From Bacteroidales bacterium (GTDB lineage Bacteria; Bacteroidota; Bacteroidia; Bacteroidales; UBA1402), in contig JAFUDT010000014.1 of assembly GCA_017464285.1 (NCBI GenBank), positions 91,787 to 155,786 of the forward strand: a DNA stretch of 64,000 nt. Direction: 5' to 3'. The notes beneath the pieces are model-generated. The model made no database searches, was not told where the DNA came from, and saw nothing but the letters and a program-made list of their open reading frames with translations. Each line of letters begins with the position of its first letter. The first letter of the stretch is position 1. Below are positions 36,587 to 46,379 of this stretch, one piece after another. Position numbers and translations under genes: made by a program.

Positions 36587-38812
36587 TTATTTGACCAGAA
36601 CTTTCTTACCGTTGATGATATAGAGACCCGGCTGGGTGGCTTCCATCACACGACGACCCATCAGGTCGAAGATCATTTCCTTGGTCTCAGCCTTCGGAGT
36701 GATGATGGCAACAACGGGCTTGGCTTCGGCAATCAGGAAGATGTTCTTGACATAGACACCATAGACATCGAAGAGACGGTTGGTGTCGTAGCCGCTGTTG
36801 ACATCCGGAATCAGACGTACATAGACCAGTTCCTTGTTAGCTGTATTCTCCAGCTTCACATCGTAGTGGGTGTAACCGCCGGTAGTAGCAATCGTATCGG
36901 GTGCACTTTCCCAGCTGCTGCCGTCATACGAATACTGCACCTTGTAGTTGTAGTGACCCATGTAGGTACGCTTGATATCAAAGCTGTACTGAATGTCGCC
37001 CTTGTAAGCCTTGGTACTGACAGCCGTCTGCCAGTAGAAGCCCTGATCCTTATAATAGGCCGAGCTGTCCATTGAATTGTCGGGATTCTTGTATTCCGTA
37101 CCATCACCACTGTTCGTGCAGCGCAGCCACGTGACTGCCGACTGAGGATCGGCATCGCCACGGATCCAGTAGCCGCTGGTCCAGGGAGCATCCGGATAGA
37201 GCGTGTAGTACAGATCCAGGGTGGGAACAATCGAATCGGAGTACTTGTCGCTCAGCCAGTCGGCCGGACGCTGCTGAGTAACATTGCTTTTGGTCAGGTC
37301 GAAGTCCCAGCCGCAGATGTAATCCTTGGCTTCGAATTCCAGTTCGATAGCCAGGTTCTTGTCCATAGTGATCATAAACTCGGGAGCATAGTAGAACCCA
37401 CCGGCATTGTCGCTACCCATGATAAATTCCAGGACGATATTGGTCTGAGCCGTCACGACGACTTCTTCGCCCTCTTCGTAGAGGTTGCCTTCCCGGACCG
37501 GATTGACAGCATACGTGCCACCGCCGATACAGTTGATTTCCAGCGTGTACATATTCATTTTTTCAAAGACAGCCAGGACAGTTTTATCGCCGTTCATCTC
37601 AAAAGTATAGACAGCCTCCTTGCTCAGTTCGGCTCCATCCTTGTCAACCCACTTGACGAACTTGAAACCATAGTTCTTGACAGCCGTCAGAGTGACCTCC
37701 TTACCGCCGGGAACCATGCCCGAAGGACCGCTGACCACACCGGCCAGGGAATCCACGCCGGCAGCCAGGCCCTGAGTCAGGGTATAGAGACCGCTTACTG
37801 CAACCAGCCACTCGGTATCACCCAGGACACTGCCGGCAGTACCTTTGCCTTCCAGAGCGGAATAGCCTTTGTACAGAGTGAAGTCGGCGTTGGCAGCATC
37901 AGCAAAAGGAGCCACGGGAGAAGCGAAGCCCAAATCGGCCAGGGTATAGTTGTCGGCGATGTCGGCATCACCCAGGTCTTCATTCCAGACAGGGATCTTC
38001 CATCCGTCAATCAAGTTGTTCTTGACGGTCACAGTCCAATAACCTGCGCTGATGTTCCAGAGCGAGCCGGCGCTCTTTCCGGCCGGGCAGAGGATGACAT
38101 TGTCGGTGAAAGTCAGAACAGAAGCCTCACCGGCAAACTTATTGGTCGGACTGGCAATCTGGCGATTGGCATCACGGCATCCGGAGTACATCGTATTGTG
38201 TGTGAAAATAAACTGGTGACTCATCTCACCGTAACTGCCCGTCGGGTTATAGAAACATTCCATGCCTTCGTTGCCATAGAGAGTCGATTCGTTGATCACC
38301 CATTTGTAAATAGGTGTGCTGTGCCAGGACATGTTCCAGTTACCAGTGTTCAGATTGCGCAATACGCAGTTCTGGAATTCAACCAACTCCAGGGCAGACG
38401 TCGTAGCATCACCGCCCAGATAGAAGGTACAGCGGCTGACATTCTGCAGGGTGGTGTTGACAAAACGGATGTGCTTGATGTGACCTGTCGGTGCAAAGTT
38501 GAACAGATAAGAAGCTCCGTCACCGATGGTGACACCTTCGTAGGTAATACCACCGTCCGTACCGCCGCCACGGATTTCACCCGTCAGGAAGACTTCGCAG
38601 GTGTCGGCAAAAGCCTTGACCGTGATGCACTTGCCAGTGGGCAGATCCTGGTTGGCATAGGTACCGCTGTAAAGCAGCAGAACATCGCCGTCGGCAGCGC
38701 CTGCGTATGCGGTAGCATAATCGGCAGGGCTCTCAACAGTGATGTTGGCAGCAGAAGCAAACATTGCTACTGCAAACGAACAAACCAAAAGAGTAATTTT
38801 CTTCATGTTCAA
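36587..38812 (-). CDS. Secreted right-handed beta-helix protein (pectate-lyase-fold, DUF4957-like) with InlB-type B-repeat, C-terminal beta-sandwich region and T9SS-type tail
   Basis: 741 aa with a signal peptide (LLVCSFAVAMFASAANI). N-terminal beta-helix-like repeats are present. The segment GFKFVKWVDKDGAELSKEAVYTFEMNGDKTVLAVFEK looks like a Listeria-Bacteroides repeat. It ends IFDLMGRRVMEATQPGLYIINGKKVLVK. Confidence 0.72.
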   Translation of the reverse strand: MNMKKITLLVCSFAVAMFASAANITVESPADYATAYAGAADGDVLLLYSGTYANQDLPTGKCITVKAFADTCEVFLTGEIRGGGTDGGITYEGVTIGDGASYLFNFAPTGHIKHIRFVNTTLQNVSRCTFYLGGDATTSALELVEFQNCVLRNLNTGNWNMSWHSTPIYKWVINESTLYGNEGMECFYNPTGSYGEMSHQFIFTHNTMYSGCRDANRQIASPTNKFAGEASVLTFTDNVILCPAGKSAGSLWNISAGYWTVTVKNNLIDGWKIPVWNEDLGDADIADNYTLADLGFASPVAPFADAANADFTLYKGYSALEGKGTAGSVLGDTEWLVAVSGLYTLTQGLAAGVDSLAGVVSGPSGMVPGGKEVTLTAVKNYGFKFVKWVDKDGAELSKEAVYTFEMNGDKTVLAVFEKMNMYTLEINCIGGGTYAVNPVREGNLYEEGEEVVVTAQTNIVLEFIMGSDNAGGFYYAPEFMITMDKNLAIELEFEAKDYICGWDFDLTKSNVTQQRPADWLSDKYSDSIVPTLDLYYTLYPDAPWTSGYWIRGDADPQSAVTWLRCTNSGDGTEYKNPDNSMDSSAYYKDQGFYWQTAVSTKAYKGDIQYSFDIKRTYMGHYNYKVQYSYDGSSWESAPDTIATTGGYTHYDVKLENTANKELVYVRLIPDVNSGYDTNRLFDVYGVYVKNIFLIAEAKPVVAIITPKAETKEMIFDLMGRRVMEATQPGLYIINGKKVLVK

Positions 38813-38991
38813 ATAATTTATTGGTTAAACATAGGAAATTCAAGTGGCCCAAAGGTACGCCTCCTTCCACAGGAAGGGGTGGATTTTTTATGGGGATTGG
38901 TGCAATTTTTTCACCGTTACGTTTTATCTGCCCGGACGATTTGTCCACCTATTTCACAAAAAAATACACCTGCGCATATACGCGTGCGAGG

Positions 38992-38999
38992 TATCTTTG
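38992..38999 (+). promoter_or_regulatory. -7 promoter box (TATCTTTG) heading the long PL1-to-pectinesterase-2 gene string
   Basis: Matches TAnnTTTG, 21 nt upstream of the ATG at 39020. No other promoter-like gap occurs until 58288. Confidence 0.45.
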
Positions 39000-39019
39000 C
39001 CCACGAAAGAAACAAGCTT

Positions 39020-40690
39020 ATGAAAAAACATCTACTCTCTTCGCTTTTCATTGGTATCATCACCGCAGTGCTGCCCGTCTGGGCCGACAATCTGCCCGCC
39101 TTTCCCGGGGCCGAAGGCCATGGCCGCTACACCACCACCGGCGGACGGGGAGGTTATGTCTACCATGTCACCAACCTCGACGACGACGAAAACGATCCCA
39201 AGTTCGGATCGCTGCGCTATTATATCAACAAAAACGAAACCCGCACCATCGTGTTCGATGTTTCGGGAACCATTTTCCTGAAAGCCGGACTCAATATCAA
39301 CAACGGCAACCTGACCATTGCCGGCCAGACCGCCCCGGGTGACGGCATCTGCCTGGCAGGTGAACCGGTGCACGTCAACGCTAACAACGTCATCATCCGC
39401 TTCATGCGTTTCCGTATGGGCGACACCGACCCCAACCAGGAAGACGATGCCCTGGGTGGACGCTTCATCAAAAACATCATCATCGACCACTGCTCCTGCT
39501 CATGGAGCGTGGATGAGTGCGTTTCGTTCTACGGCGATGAAAACCTGAGCCTCCAATGGTGCATCATCAGCGAAAGTCTGCGCCACTCCAACCACGAGAA
39601 AGGCAACCACGGCTACGGCGGCATCTGGGGCGGGGCCAACACATCCTTCCACCACAACCTGCTGGCCCATCACAGCAGCCGTACCCCGCGCATCGGCAGC
39701 GGTTCCAGCACAGCCGGCCGTGAAAAGGTGGATGTGCGCAACAACGTCATCTACAACTATGGCATGGTCGTAGGCTGCTATGGAGCCGAGGGCATGGACT
39801 GTAATTTCATCAACTGCTACTACAAGCCCGGCCCCTCGACCCAAACCAATCACAACCGCCGCAGCATGATCATCGGCATCAGTCCCAACAACGACGATGC
39901 CGCCCGGCCCAAATGGGGCAAATACTATGTGAGCGGCAACTGGTGCTCTTCGCTGAGCGACACCTACAAGACTCCGACCGACAGTTACGAAAAACTCACC
40001 TGCCAGGACAACTGGCGCTACGGGGTGGCCAACAACATCGACGGTGCCACCTCGGCCGAAATAGCCGCCATGAAACTCAGTGAGCCCCTGGATCCCGGCA
40101 CGGTGACTACCCACAGCGCCCAGGTGGCCTTCGAAAAAGTGCTGGCCACGGCCGGCTGCTCCCTCAAGCGCGACATCATCGATGAGCGCATCGTGCGTGA
40201 AACACGTGGCGGTACGGCCACCTTCATGGGTAGCTACAGCCAGGTGGGCGGCATCATCGACAGCCAGAACGACCTCAAGCCCTCCGGTGCCGGCAGCGAC
40301 TGGAGCGCCTGGCCCACACTCGAAAGCGTCGAAGCCCCCAAGGACACCGACCAGGACGGCATGCCCGATGAGTGGGAAGAAGCCAACGGCTTGAACGCCC
40401 GCGATCCGCGCGACCGCAACAAGACCGACCTGTCAGAAATCGGCTACACCAACCTGGAAGTCTACCTACACAGCCTGGTAGCAGACATTGTCGCCCAAGA
40501 ACTGTCAGACTACGTCTATGTTGCGGGAGAAGGCACCAATGACCTGGTTACAGGTATTTTCACCACCTCTGTCAACAGAACCGGCAATCCAGCCGATGAA
40601 ATCTGGTACGACCTGACCGGCCGTCCTGTGGAACATCCTAGCCGGCCGGGCATCTACCTGAGCCGGAACAGAAAAATGATAATCCGATAA
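39020..40690 (+). CDS. Pectate lyase, family PL1, with T9SS-type C-terminal tail
   Basis: The 830-aa ORF is trimmed to MKKHLLSSLFIGIITAVLPVWA at 39020 (556 aa). PL1 motifs are AFPGAEGHGRYTTGGRGG, IIIDHCSCSWSVDE and HHSSRTPRIG. An Asp-rich calcium-type repeat DTDQDGMPDEWE is present. It ends IWYDLTGRPVEHPSRPGIYLSRNRKMIIR. Confidence 0.9.
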   Translation: MKKHLLSSLFIGIITAVLPVWADNLPAFPGAEGHGRYTTTGGRGGYVYHVTNLDDDENDPKFGSLRYYINKNETRTIVFDVSGTIFLKAGLNINNGNLTIAGQTAPGDGICLAGEPVHVNANNVIIRFMRFRMGDTDPNQEDDALGGRFIKNIIIDHCSCSWSVDECVSFYGDENLSLQWCIISESLRHSNHEKGNHGYGGIWGGANTSFHHNLLAHHSSRTPRIGSGSSTAGREKVDVRNNVIYNYGMVVGCYGAEGMDCNFINCYYKPGPSTQTNHNRRSMIIGISPNNDDAARPKWGKYYVSGNWCSSLSDTYKTPTDSYEKLTCQDNWRYGVANNIDGATSAEIAAMKLSEPLDPGTVTTHSAQVAFEKVLATAGCSLKRDIIDERIVRETRGGTATFMGSYSQVGGIIDSQNDLKPSGAGSDWSAWPTLESVEAPKDTDQDGMPDEWEEANGLNARDPRDRNKTDLSEIGYTNLEVYLHSLVADIVAQELSDYVYVAGEGTNDLVTGIFTTSVNRTGNPADEIWYDLTGRPVEHPSRPGIYLSRNRKMIIR

Positions 40691-40706
40691 CATAATCAAC
40701 AACCCT

Positions 40707-43103
40707 ATGCAAATCAAGTTTTTCCGTAATGGAATCAGTCGGGGACTCCTGACCGTTGTGCTCATACTCCTGACGGGTAGCTGCAAGGACCACATGGCCG
40801 AGTACTACGAACGTCCCGCCTGGATCAAAGGCAATTGCTACGAGGTGCTGGACAAGGCCGGGAACTACACCGTTTTCCTCAGAGGCATCGACTTGGCGGG
40901 CTATCACGACATGGTGGACGGCAAGACCATCCTCACTGTCATGGCTCCCGATGACGAAGCCTTCAAGGTTTATCTGCGCGAGCAGGGCTACAACAGCATC
41001 GAAGAGATGGACTCTGTTGAACTGGACAAACTTATCGGCTTTCACCTATTGTACTACGCCTACAGCGCCGACAAGCTTATCAACTTCCGTCCCGAGGAGG
41101 GTGACGATGTCACCGACGAGGAGAAAAAAATCAATGCAGGACTGTACTACAAGCACCGCACCAAGAGCAAGGACGCCAACACTACTGAATACGACTTCCG
41201 ACGCGATTTGGATGTCACGATCTACCATCGTGAGCGTTTTCTGCCGGTCTTTTCACAGCAGTATTTCGATACCCGCCAGCTCAATGCCGAGGAAAATTAC
41301 CGCTATTTCTTCCCCGATGTCGAGTGGAATCCCCACCAGTATGGCTACAATGTAGCCGGCGCTGCCGTCACCCTGGGCAACCAGATTACCAGCAACGGTT
41401 ATGTCCATGCCATCGACCATGTCCTCAAACCCCTGAATACAATCTACACTGAGCTCAAGAACGACAGCAGTTTCAGCCAGTTCCTGACACTCTATAAGAA
41501 AAAGGAGACCTTCGCCTACGATGCCGACCTGACTCAGGAGTACGGCAACGGCACCCGGCTCTACCAGCATCTGTTCAACAGCCCGATGCCCAACATTGCC
41601 AGCGAATGGCCCAACAACGACTATTCGCGCCTGACAGAAAACTCTTCGGTGGGTTATACCATTTTTGCTCCCACCAACAAGGCGTTGGAAGATTTTTTCG
41701 ACGGTTACTGGGCCAAAGGCGGCTATGCCAATCTGAACCAGGTGAGCACGGAATCTGTCGAAAGGCTGCTCTACAACTGCGTCTATCAGGGGACCAAGGA
41801 CGGCAACAGCTATGACGGTCAGCTGGCTTGGCCCGAGAATCTGCGCAAAGGGGAAGTGCTGAACAGCTACGATGCCGTTATCAAAGTCGACTTGGATGCC
41901 GTTCCGCAGAAATACCGCATCCTCTGCAACAACGGCCTGCTCTACGGATGCGAGGAATTGGCCGTTCCCACCATGTTTGCCGCAGTTACCGGACCGGCCT
42001 ATCAGTACAGGGACTACAGCTATTACCTGTTTATGCTCAAATCACTCGGCGACCTGCAGAACTCCCTTTGGAGCGACCAGACCCAATTGCTGGCACTCAT
42101 GCCGTCCAACGACCAGATCACGGCCGCCAACATCACCTACAACAGTCGTAACAACTATCTCGAACGCGACGGCAAAGCTCTGGGAAACGATGTCCTGAAC
42201 AGCACAGCCTATGCCCATCTGGTAGATTTGTCCTCTTGCAGCGGCAGCGATACCGAACTGGATGCAACCGGCGCCAAAGCACAGGTATTCAAGGCATTCT
42301 CTCCCGATTATACTTTCTATTGGTACATACTGGACGGTAAGATAACCAACAGTTTCCGTTTCAACGAACGCATCTACCCGGTTCAGAAAACCGACGACGA
42401 GCTTTTTGTCAGCTTCAGTGAACTGCCCTCCTATACCGACGACGGCAAGTGGAGCAACGGACATGCCTACAGCTATGAAGGATCACTGTTTACAGGCCAG
42501 CCCAAGGAAACGACCTACAGCAAGTTCCAGCAGCTCATGCAGAACAACCGCACGGACAATACCCTGCCCTACTTCGCTTTTGTCAATCTGCTGACGGAAG
42601 CATCCATGTACAAGGAGGCCGATTTCAATTTCACGGAAGCCGGCGAAAGCTATCTGATGCTGATTCCAGGCAACCAGGCCGTTTATGATGCCATCCAGAG
42701 CGGTAGCCTGCCCGGTCTCAGTTTCGACGCTGCAGCCTATGCCGGCGGCAATGATCTGTTCGAATGCTGTGCTGTGCGCGAAACAGGTCTGGACAGCCTG
42801 CAGATGTACCTCAAGGAGTATTTCATTCCCCTGTCGTCGGCCGGCATTACCCACTACCCCTATCTGGGATGGGGCGAAAACACCGAGAAGGGGATGCAGA
42901 CGGCTAACACAATCGAAATCTACGATTCCGCCACAGGCAAAGTGTCCTACAAATCTGTCAAGGCCGTGATTCGCGACCGGGGTGACAAACTCACCGTCAA
43001 GCTCTTGGACGATGACAAGGAAATCGATCTGTGCAGCGACTATCATTTCCTGCCCTTCGTTTTCGAAGACGGTTGTGTCCATTTTATTAACGGTATGTTC
43101 TGA
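40707..43103 (+). CDS. Fasciclin (FAS1) multi-domain lipoprotein
   Basis: 798 aa with lipobox LLTGSCKD. FAS1-like segments: NYTVFLRGIDLAGYHDMVDGKTILTVMAPDDEAF, and SFSQFLTLY...YTIFAPTNKALEDFF. Confidence 0.78.
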   Translation: MQIKFFRNGISRGLLTVVLILLTGSCKDHMAEYYERPAWIKGNCYEVLDKAGNYTVFLRGIDLAGYHDMVDGKTILTVMAPDDEAFKVYLREQGYNSIEEMDSVELDKLIGFHLLYYAYSADKLINFRPEEGDDVTDEEKKINAGLYYKHRTKSKDANTTEYDFRRDLDVTIYHRERFLPVFSQQYFDTRQLNAEENYRYFFPDVEWNPHQYGYNVAGAAVTLGNQITSNGYVHAIDHVLKPLNTIYTELKNDSSFSQFLTLYKKKETFAYDADLTQEYGNGTRLYQHLFNSPMPNIASEWPNNDYSRLTENSSVGYTIFAPTNKALEDFFDGYWAKGGYANLNQVSTESVERLLYNCVYQGTKDGNSYDGQLAWPENLRKGEVLNSYDAVIKVDLDAVPQKYRILCNNGLLYGCEELAVPTMFAAVTGPAYQYRDYSYYLFMLKSLGDLQNSLWSDQTQLLALMPSNDQITAANITYNSRNNYLERDGKALGNDVLNSTAYAHLVDLSSCSGSDTELDATGAKAQVFKAFSPDYTFYWYILDGKITNSFRFNERIYPVQKTDDELFVSFSELPSYTDDGKWSNGHAYSYEGSLFTGQPKETTYSKFQQLMQNNRTDNTLPYFAFVNLLTEASMYKEADFNFTEAGESYLMLIPGNQAVYDAIQSGSLPGLSFDAAAYAGGNDLFECCAVRETGLDSLQMYLKEYFIPLSSAGITHYPYLGWGENTEKGMQTANTIEIYDSATGKVSYKSVKAVIRDRGDKLTVKLLDDDKEIDLCSDYHFLPFVFEDGCVHFINGMF

Positions 43104-46100
43104 TGCGTATGAAAAAGATATTCACTATCCTGACTCTGTCACTGACACTGGTCTTTTCGGTCTCTGCACAGAAAATGCTGACCGGACACGTCTATGAAAT
43201 GTTCGATGGGCACAGAGAAGATGCCATCGGAGTCAACGTCTCGTTTCGCAACAGCCAGAACCGTATCATCGACGGCACAGTAACCAATTACAACGGCGAA
43301 TACAGCCTGCGCGTGCCCGAAGGACGGGGCGAAATGACCGTCGTCTTCTCCTATATCGGCATGAAAACCCAGACCATTCCCTACACGGGACAGACTACTT
43401 TGGACGTCGTCATGGAAGAAGACGCCCAGATTTTAGGAGACGTCGTCATCTCCGTCAAACGGGAACAGAAAAACGAAATGGGTATCACCCTTCGTGAACA
43501 GACGGCGGCCACCGAACGCATCGCCATGAGCGAAATCATCGAATTCTCGCCTGTCACATCGGTCGAGGAAGCCCTACAGGGCCAGCTGGCCGGTGTGGAC
43601 ATTCTGGCCAGCGGCGACCCGGGTGCCCGCAACTCAATCCGTATCCGCGGCACTGCCACATTGAACACCAGCGCCGATCCGCTCATCGTCATCAACGGAG
43701 TACCTTATTCCACCGACATTGACGACAGTTTCGACTTCGCCACGGCCAACAATGAAGACTATGCCGCCATGCTGAACCTCTCGCCCTTTGACATCGAATC
43801 CATCGAAGTCCTCAAGGATGCCGCCTCGACAGCTATTTACGGCACGGCCGGTGCCAACGGTGTGCTGCTCATCACGACCAAGACCGGCGAGCGGGGCAAA
43901 CCCCGTTTCACCTTCTCCTCGAAATTTACGGCCAAATACGAGCCGCAGTCCATTCCTATGCTCAACGGCAAAGAGTATGTCGCTTTCATCGAAGATGCCA
44001 TCTGGAACACCGCCAATGCCAAGGGCGTCTCGACCAGCGCCTCGCTGCTCCAGCTACTCTACGACACGCCCGAAATCAATTTCAACAAGGAATGGCGCTA
44101 TTTCAACGAGTACAACGTCAATACCGACTGGCTTTCGACTGTTGTGCAGGATGCCTACACATTTGACAACAATTTCTCCATGTCGGGCGGCGGCGAAAAA
44201 GCCACCTACCGCTTCAGTCTGGCCTACATGGACGAGGACGGTACGACTGTCGGAACCAATCTGAACCGTTTCTCCACATCCCTGAACATCGGTTACCGTT
44301 TCAGCGACAGGCTGCGCGTAGATGCCGACCTGACTTTCGCCCAGACGGGAAAGCAGGCCAACTGGACCGACCGGGTACGTTCGGAGGCCATGCTCAAGAT
44401 GCCCAACAAGAGTCCCTACTGGATCGACGATGTCACCCTGGAACCCACCGACCGATACTTCAACCGACAAAACGCCGAGGAATTCCAAGGTGCTTTCAAC
44501 GGTTCGAGGAATTTTCATCCGATAGCCATGGCACGCAACAGCTACAACAACAGTGCCCAGCAGGAAGAAAAGATGAACTTCCGTCTCAACTACGACATCC
44601 TTCCGGGACTGACCTATACAGGTTATGTTTCCATGAAATTCCTCACCATCAAGAACCGGGCATTCCTGCCTCAGACAGCTACAGGAGTGACGATGGACAA
44701 TACCTATGCCAACCGCAGCACCGATGCCTACAGCGACAATCTGGCCCTGCAGACTGAGAACAAGCTGATTTTCCGCCGCAACTGGGACGAACTGCACAAT
44801 CTGGTGCTGACCGGACTGTGGCGGACAAGCGACAACGAGACAAGCAACTACACCAGCACCATCTACGGAGCCGCCTCACAGCATGCGTCAGATCCATCGA
44901 CCAACGGAGCTGTCGTGGAGCGTGGTTCCGGTTCCTCGCAGGTGCGTTCGGTAAGTGGTATCGGTGGATTCAACTACACCTATCTGAACCGCTATATCGT
45001 CTCCGGAACAATCAACTTCGAAGGCAAGTCCTCGCTGGGCAAATCCAACCGTTGGGGCATCTTCCCCTCGGTAGGCCTGGCCTGGCACATCAAAGATGAA
45101 GATTTTCTTCAAAACACAGAATGGCTCAGTTCACTGAAGCTGCGCACCAGCTTTGGACAGAGCGGTGCCGCACCCTCAGGTGCTGCGCCCTACATGGGTA
45201 AATACTCCGCCCTGGGTGACGGCTATCGCGACAACCCAGCCATCGTGCCGGTATCCATCCAGCTCAACAATCTCAAATGGCAGACAGCCAGCGAATACGA
45301 TGCCGGTTTCGACATCGGCCTGTTTGAAGAACGACTGACCTCCACCTTCGATATCTACTACAAGTACACGACCGACCTGCTGCAGCGCAATGTCTCGATT
45401 CCCACCACCATAGGCTACAACTCGCGCAACAACACCATTGCCTACTACAACTCGGGCGAGATGAGCAACACCGGATGGGAGTTCCGCATTGACTATACCC
45501 TGCTGCAGGAGAAGGACTGGAACATCAAGCTCAACTACAACATTGCCCGCAACATCAACCGCATCGAAAAACTGCCTACCAACTTGGCCGAAAGCACCTA
45601 CTCGCTGGCCAACGGCAACTATGCGCGGCGCATCATCGAAGGAGCCCCTGTAGGCAGTTTCTTCGGCTATCGCTACCTGGGCGTCTATGACACGACCGTC
45701 GAGACCTACGCCCGCGATGCCAAAGGCAATGTGATGACCGATCTGCAGGGCAAGCCCATTGTCATGAAGAACGGCACCTATGTATGCTTCCCCGGAGACG
45801 CCAAATATGAAGATGTCAATCACGACGGGGTCATCAACGAAAACGACATCGTCTATCTGGGCAACTCCAATCCGGTCGTGACCGGTGGCGGCGGTTTTAC
45901 GGTCAAGTATAGAAAACTGTCGCTCAACACCTTCTTCCACTACCGTCTGGGACAAAAAATCGTCAACCAGGCCCGTATGAACAGCGAATCGATGTACGGC
46001 ACCGACAACCAGAGTCTGGCCGTGCTCAAACGCTGGCGCAGTCCGGGAGACCAGACCGACATCCCGCGTGCCCTGTGGCGCTATGGTCTGAACTACCTGG

Positions 46101-46366
46101 GCAGTGACCGTTTTGTCGAAGACTGTTCCTTCCTGCGTCTCAAGACCGTTTCCCTGTCGTACAGTTTGCCCAGGGAACTGTGCAGTCGTATGAGTCTGAG
46201 CAGTGTAACGGCCTATATCACGGCCTACGATCTCTTTACGTGGACCGACTACACGGGACAGGATCCCGAAGTCACCTTGCCCTCGAATGTCACCAATATC
46301 GCCATGGATACGGCCCAGACCCCCCCGAGCAAGCGTATTTCCGCCGGTTTAACCATCAATTTCTAA
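43103..46366 (+). CDS. SusC/RagA-family TonB-dependent outer-membrane transporter (pair 1)
   Basis: 1087 aa. It has an N-terminal carboxypeptidase-regulatory-like domain, a plug region (IEVLKDAASTAIYGTAGANGVLLITTK) and a terminal aromatic residue (...LTINF). Confidence 0.92.
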   Translation: MRMKKIFTILTLSLTLVFSVSAQKMLTGHVYEMFDGHREDAIGVNVSFRNSQNRIIDGTVTNYNGEYSLRVPEGRGEMTVVFSYIGMKTQTIPYTGQTTLDVVMEEDAQILGDVVISVKREQKNEMGITLREQTAATERIAMSEIIEFSPVTSVEEALQGQLAGVDILASGDPGARNSIRIRGTATLNTSADPLIVINGVPYSTDIDDSFDFATANNEDYAAMLNLSPFDIESIEVLKDAASTAIYGTAGANGVLLITTKTGERGKPRFTFSSKFTAKYEPQSIPMLNGKEYVAFIEDAIWNTANAKGVSTSASLLQLLYDTPEINFNKEWRYFNEYNVNTDWLSTVVQDAYTFDNNFSMSGGGEKATYRFSLAYMDEDGTTVGTNLNRFSTSLNIGYRFSDRLRVDADLTFAQTGKQANWTDRVRSEAMLKMPNKSPYWIDDVTLEPTDRYFNRQNAEEFQGAFNGSRNFHPIAMARNSYNNSAQQEEKMNFRLNYDILPGLTYTGYVSMKFLTIKNRAFLPQTATGVTMDNTYANRSTDAYSDNLALQTENKLIFRRNWDELHNLVLTGLWRTSDNETSNYTSTIYGAASQHASDPSTNGAVVERGSGSSQVRSVSGIGGFNYTYLNRYIVSGTINFEGKSSLGKSNRWGIFPSVGLAWHIKDEDFLQNTEWLSSLKLRTSFGQSGAAPSGAAPYMGKYSALGDGYRDNPAIVPVSIQLNNLKWQTASEYDAGFDIGLFEERLTSTFDIYYKYTTDLLQRNVSIPTTIGYNSRNNTIAYYNSGEMSNTGWEFRIDYTLLQEKDWNIKLNYNIARNINRIEKLPTNLAESTYSLANGNYARRIIEGAPVGSFFGYRYLGVYDTTVETYARDAKGNVMTDLQGKPIVMKNGTYVCFPGDAKYEDVNHDGVINENDIVYLGNSNPVVTGGGGFTVKYRKLSLNTFFHYRLGQKIVNQARMNSESMYGTDNQSLAVLKRWRSPGDQTDIPRALWRYGLNYLGSDRFVEDCSFLRLKTVSLSYSLPRELCSRMSLSSVTAYITAYDLFTWTDYTGQDPEVTLPSNVTNIAMDTAQTPPSKRISAGLTINF

Positions 46367-46379
46367 AGGAGAATCCGTT

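Noticed and set aside
38940-38990. An imperfect palindrome cgcatatacgcg(tgcg) in the divergent PUL promoter region, considered as a possible HTCS operator.
   Set aside because: Two of 12 positions break the symmetry, and it occurs only once in the window. There is no repeat at the other PUL promoters (36413-36586, 29819-29939), so the support is insufficient.
38198-39019. 5' extension of the PL1 ORF (830-aa call), and the 173-aa ORF at 38821..39342.
   Set aside because: The extension is antisense to the 741-aa beta-helix gene and crosses the intergenic promoter region. The real start at 39020 has a signal peptide and a -7 box 21 nt upstream.
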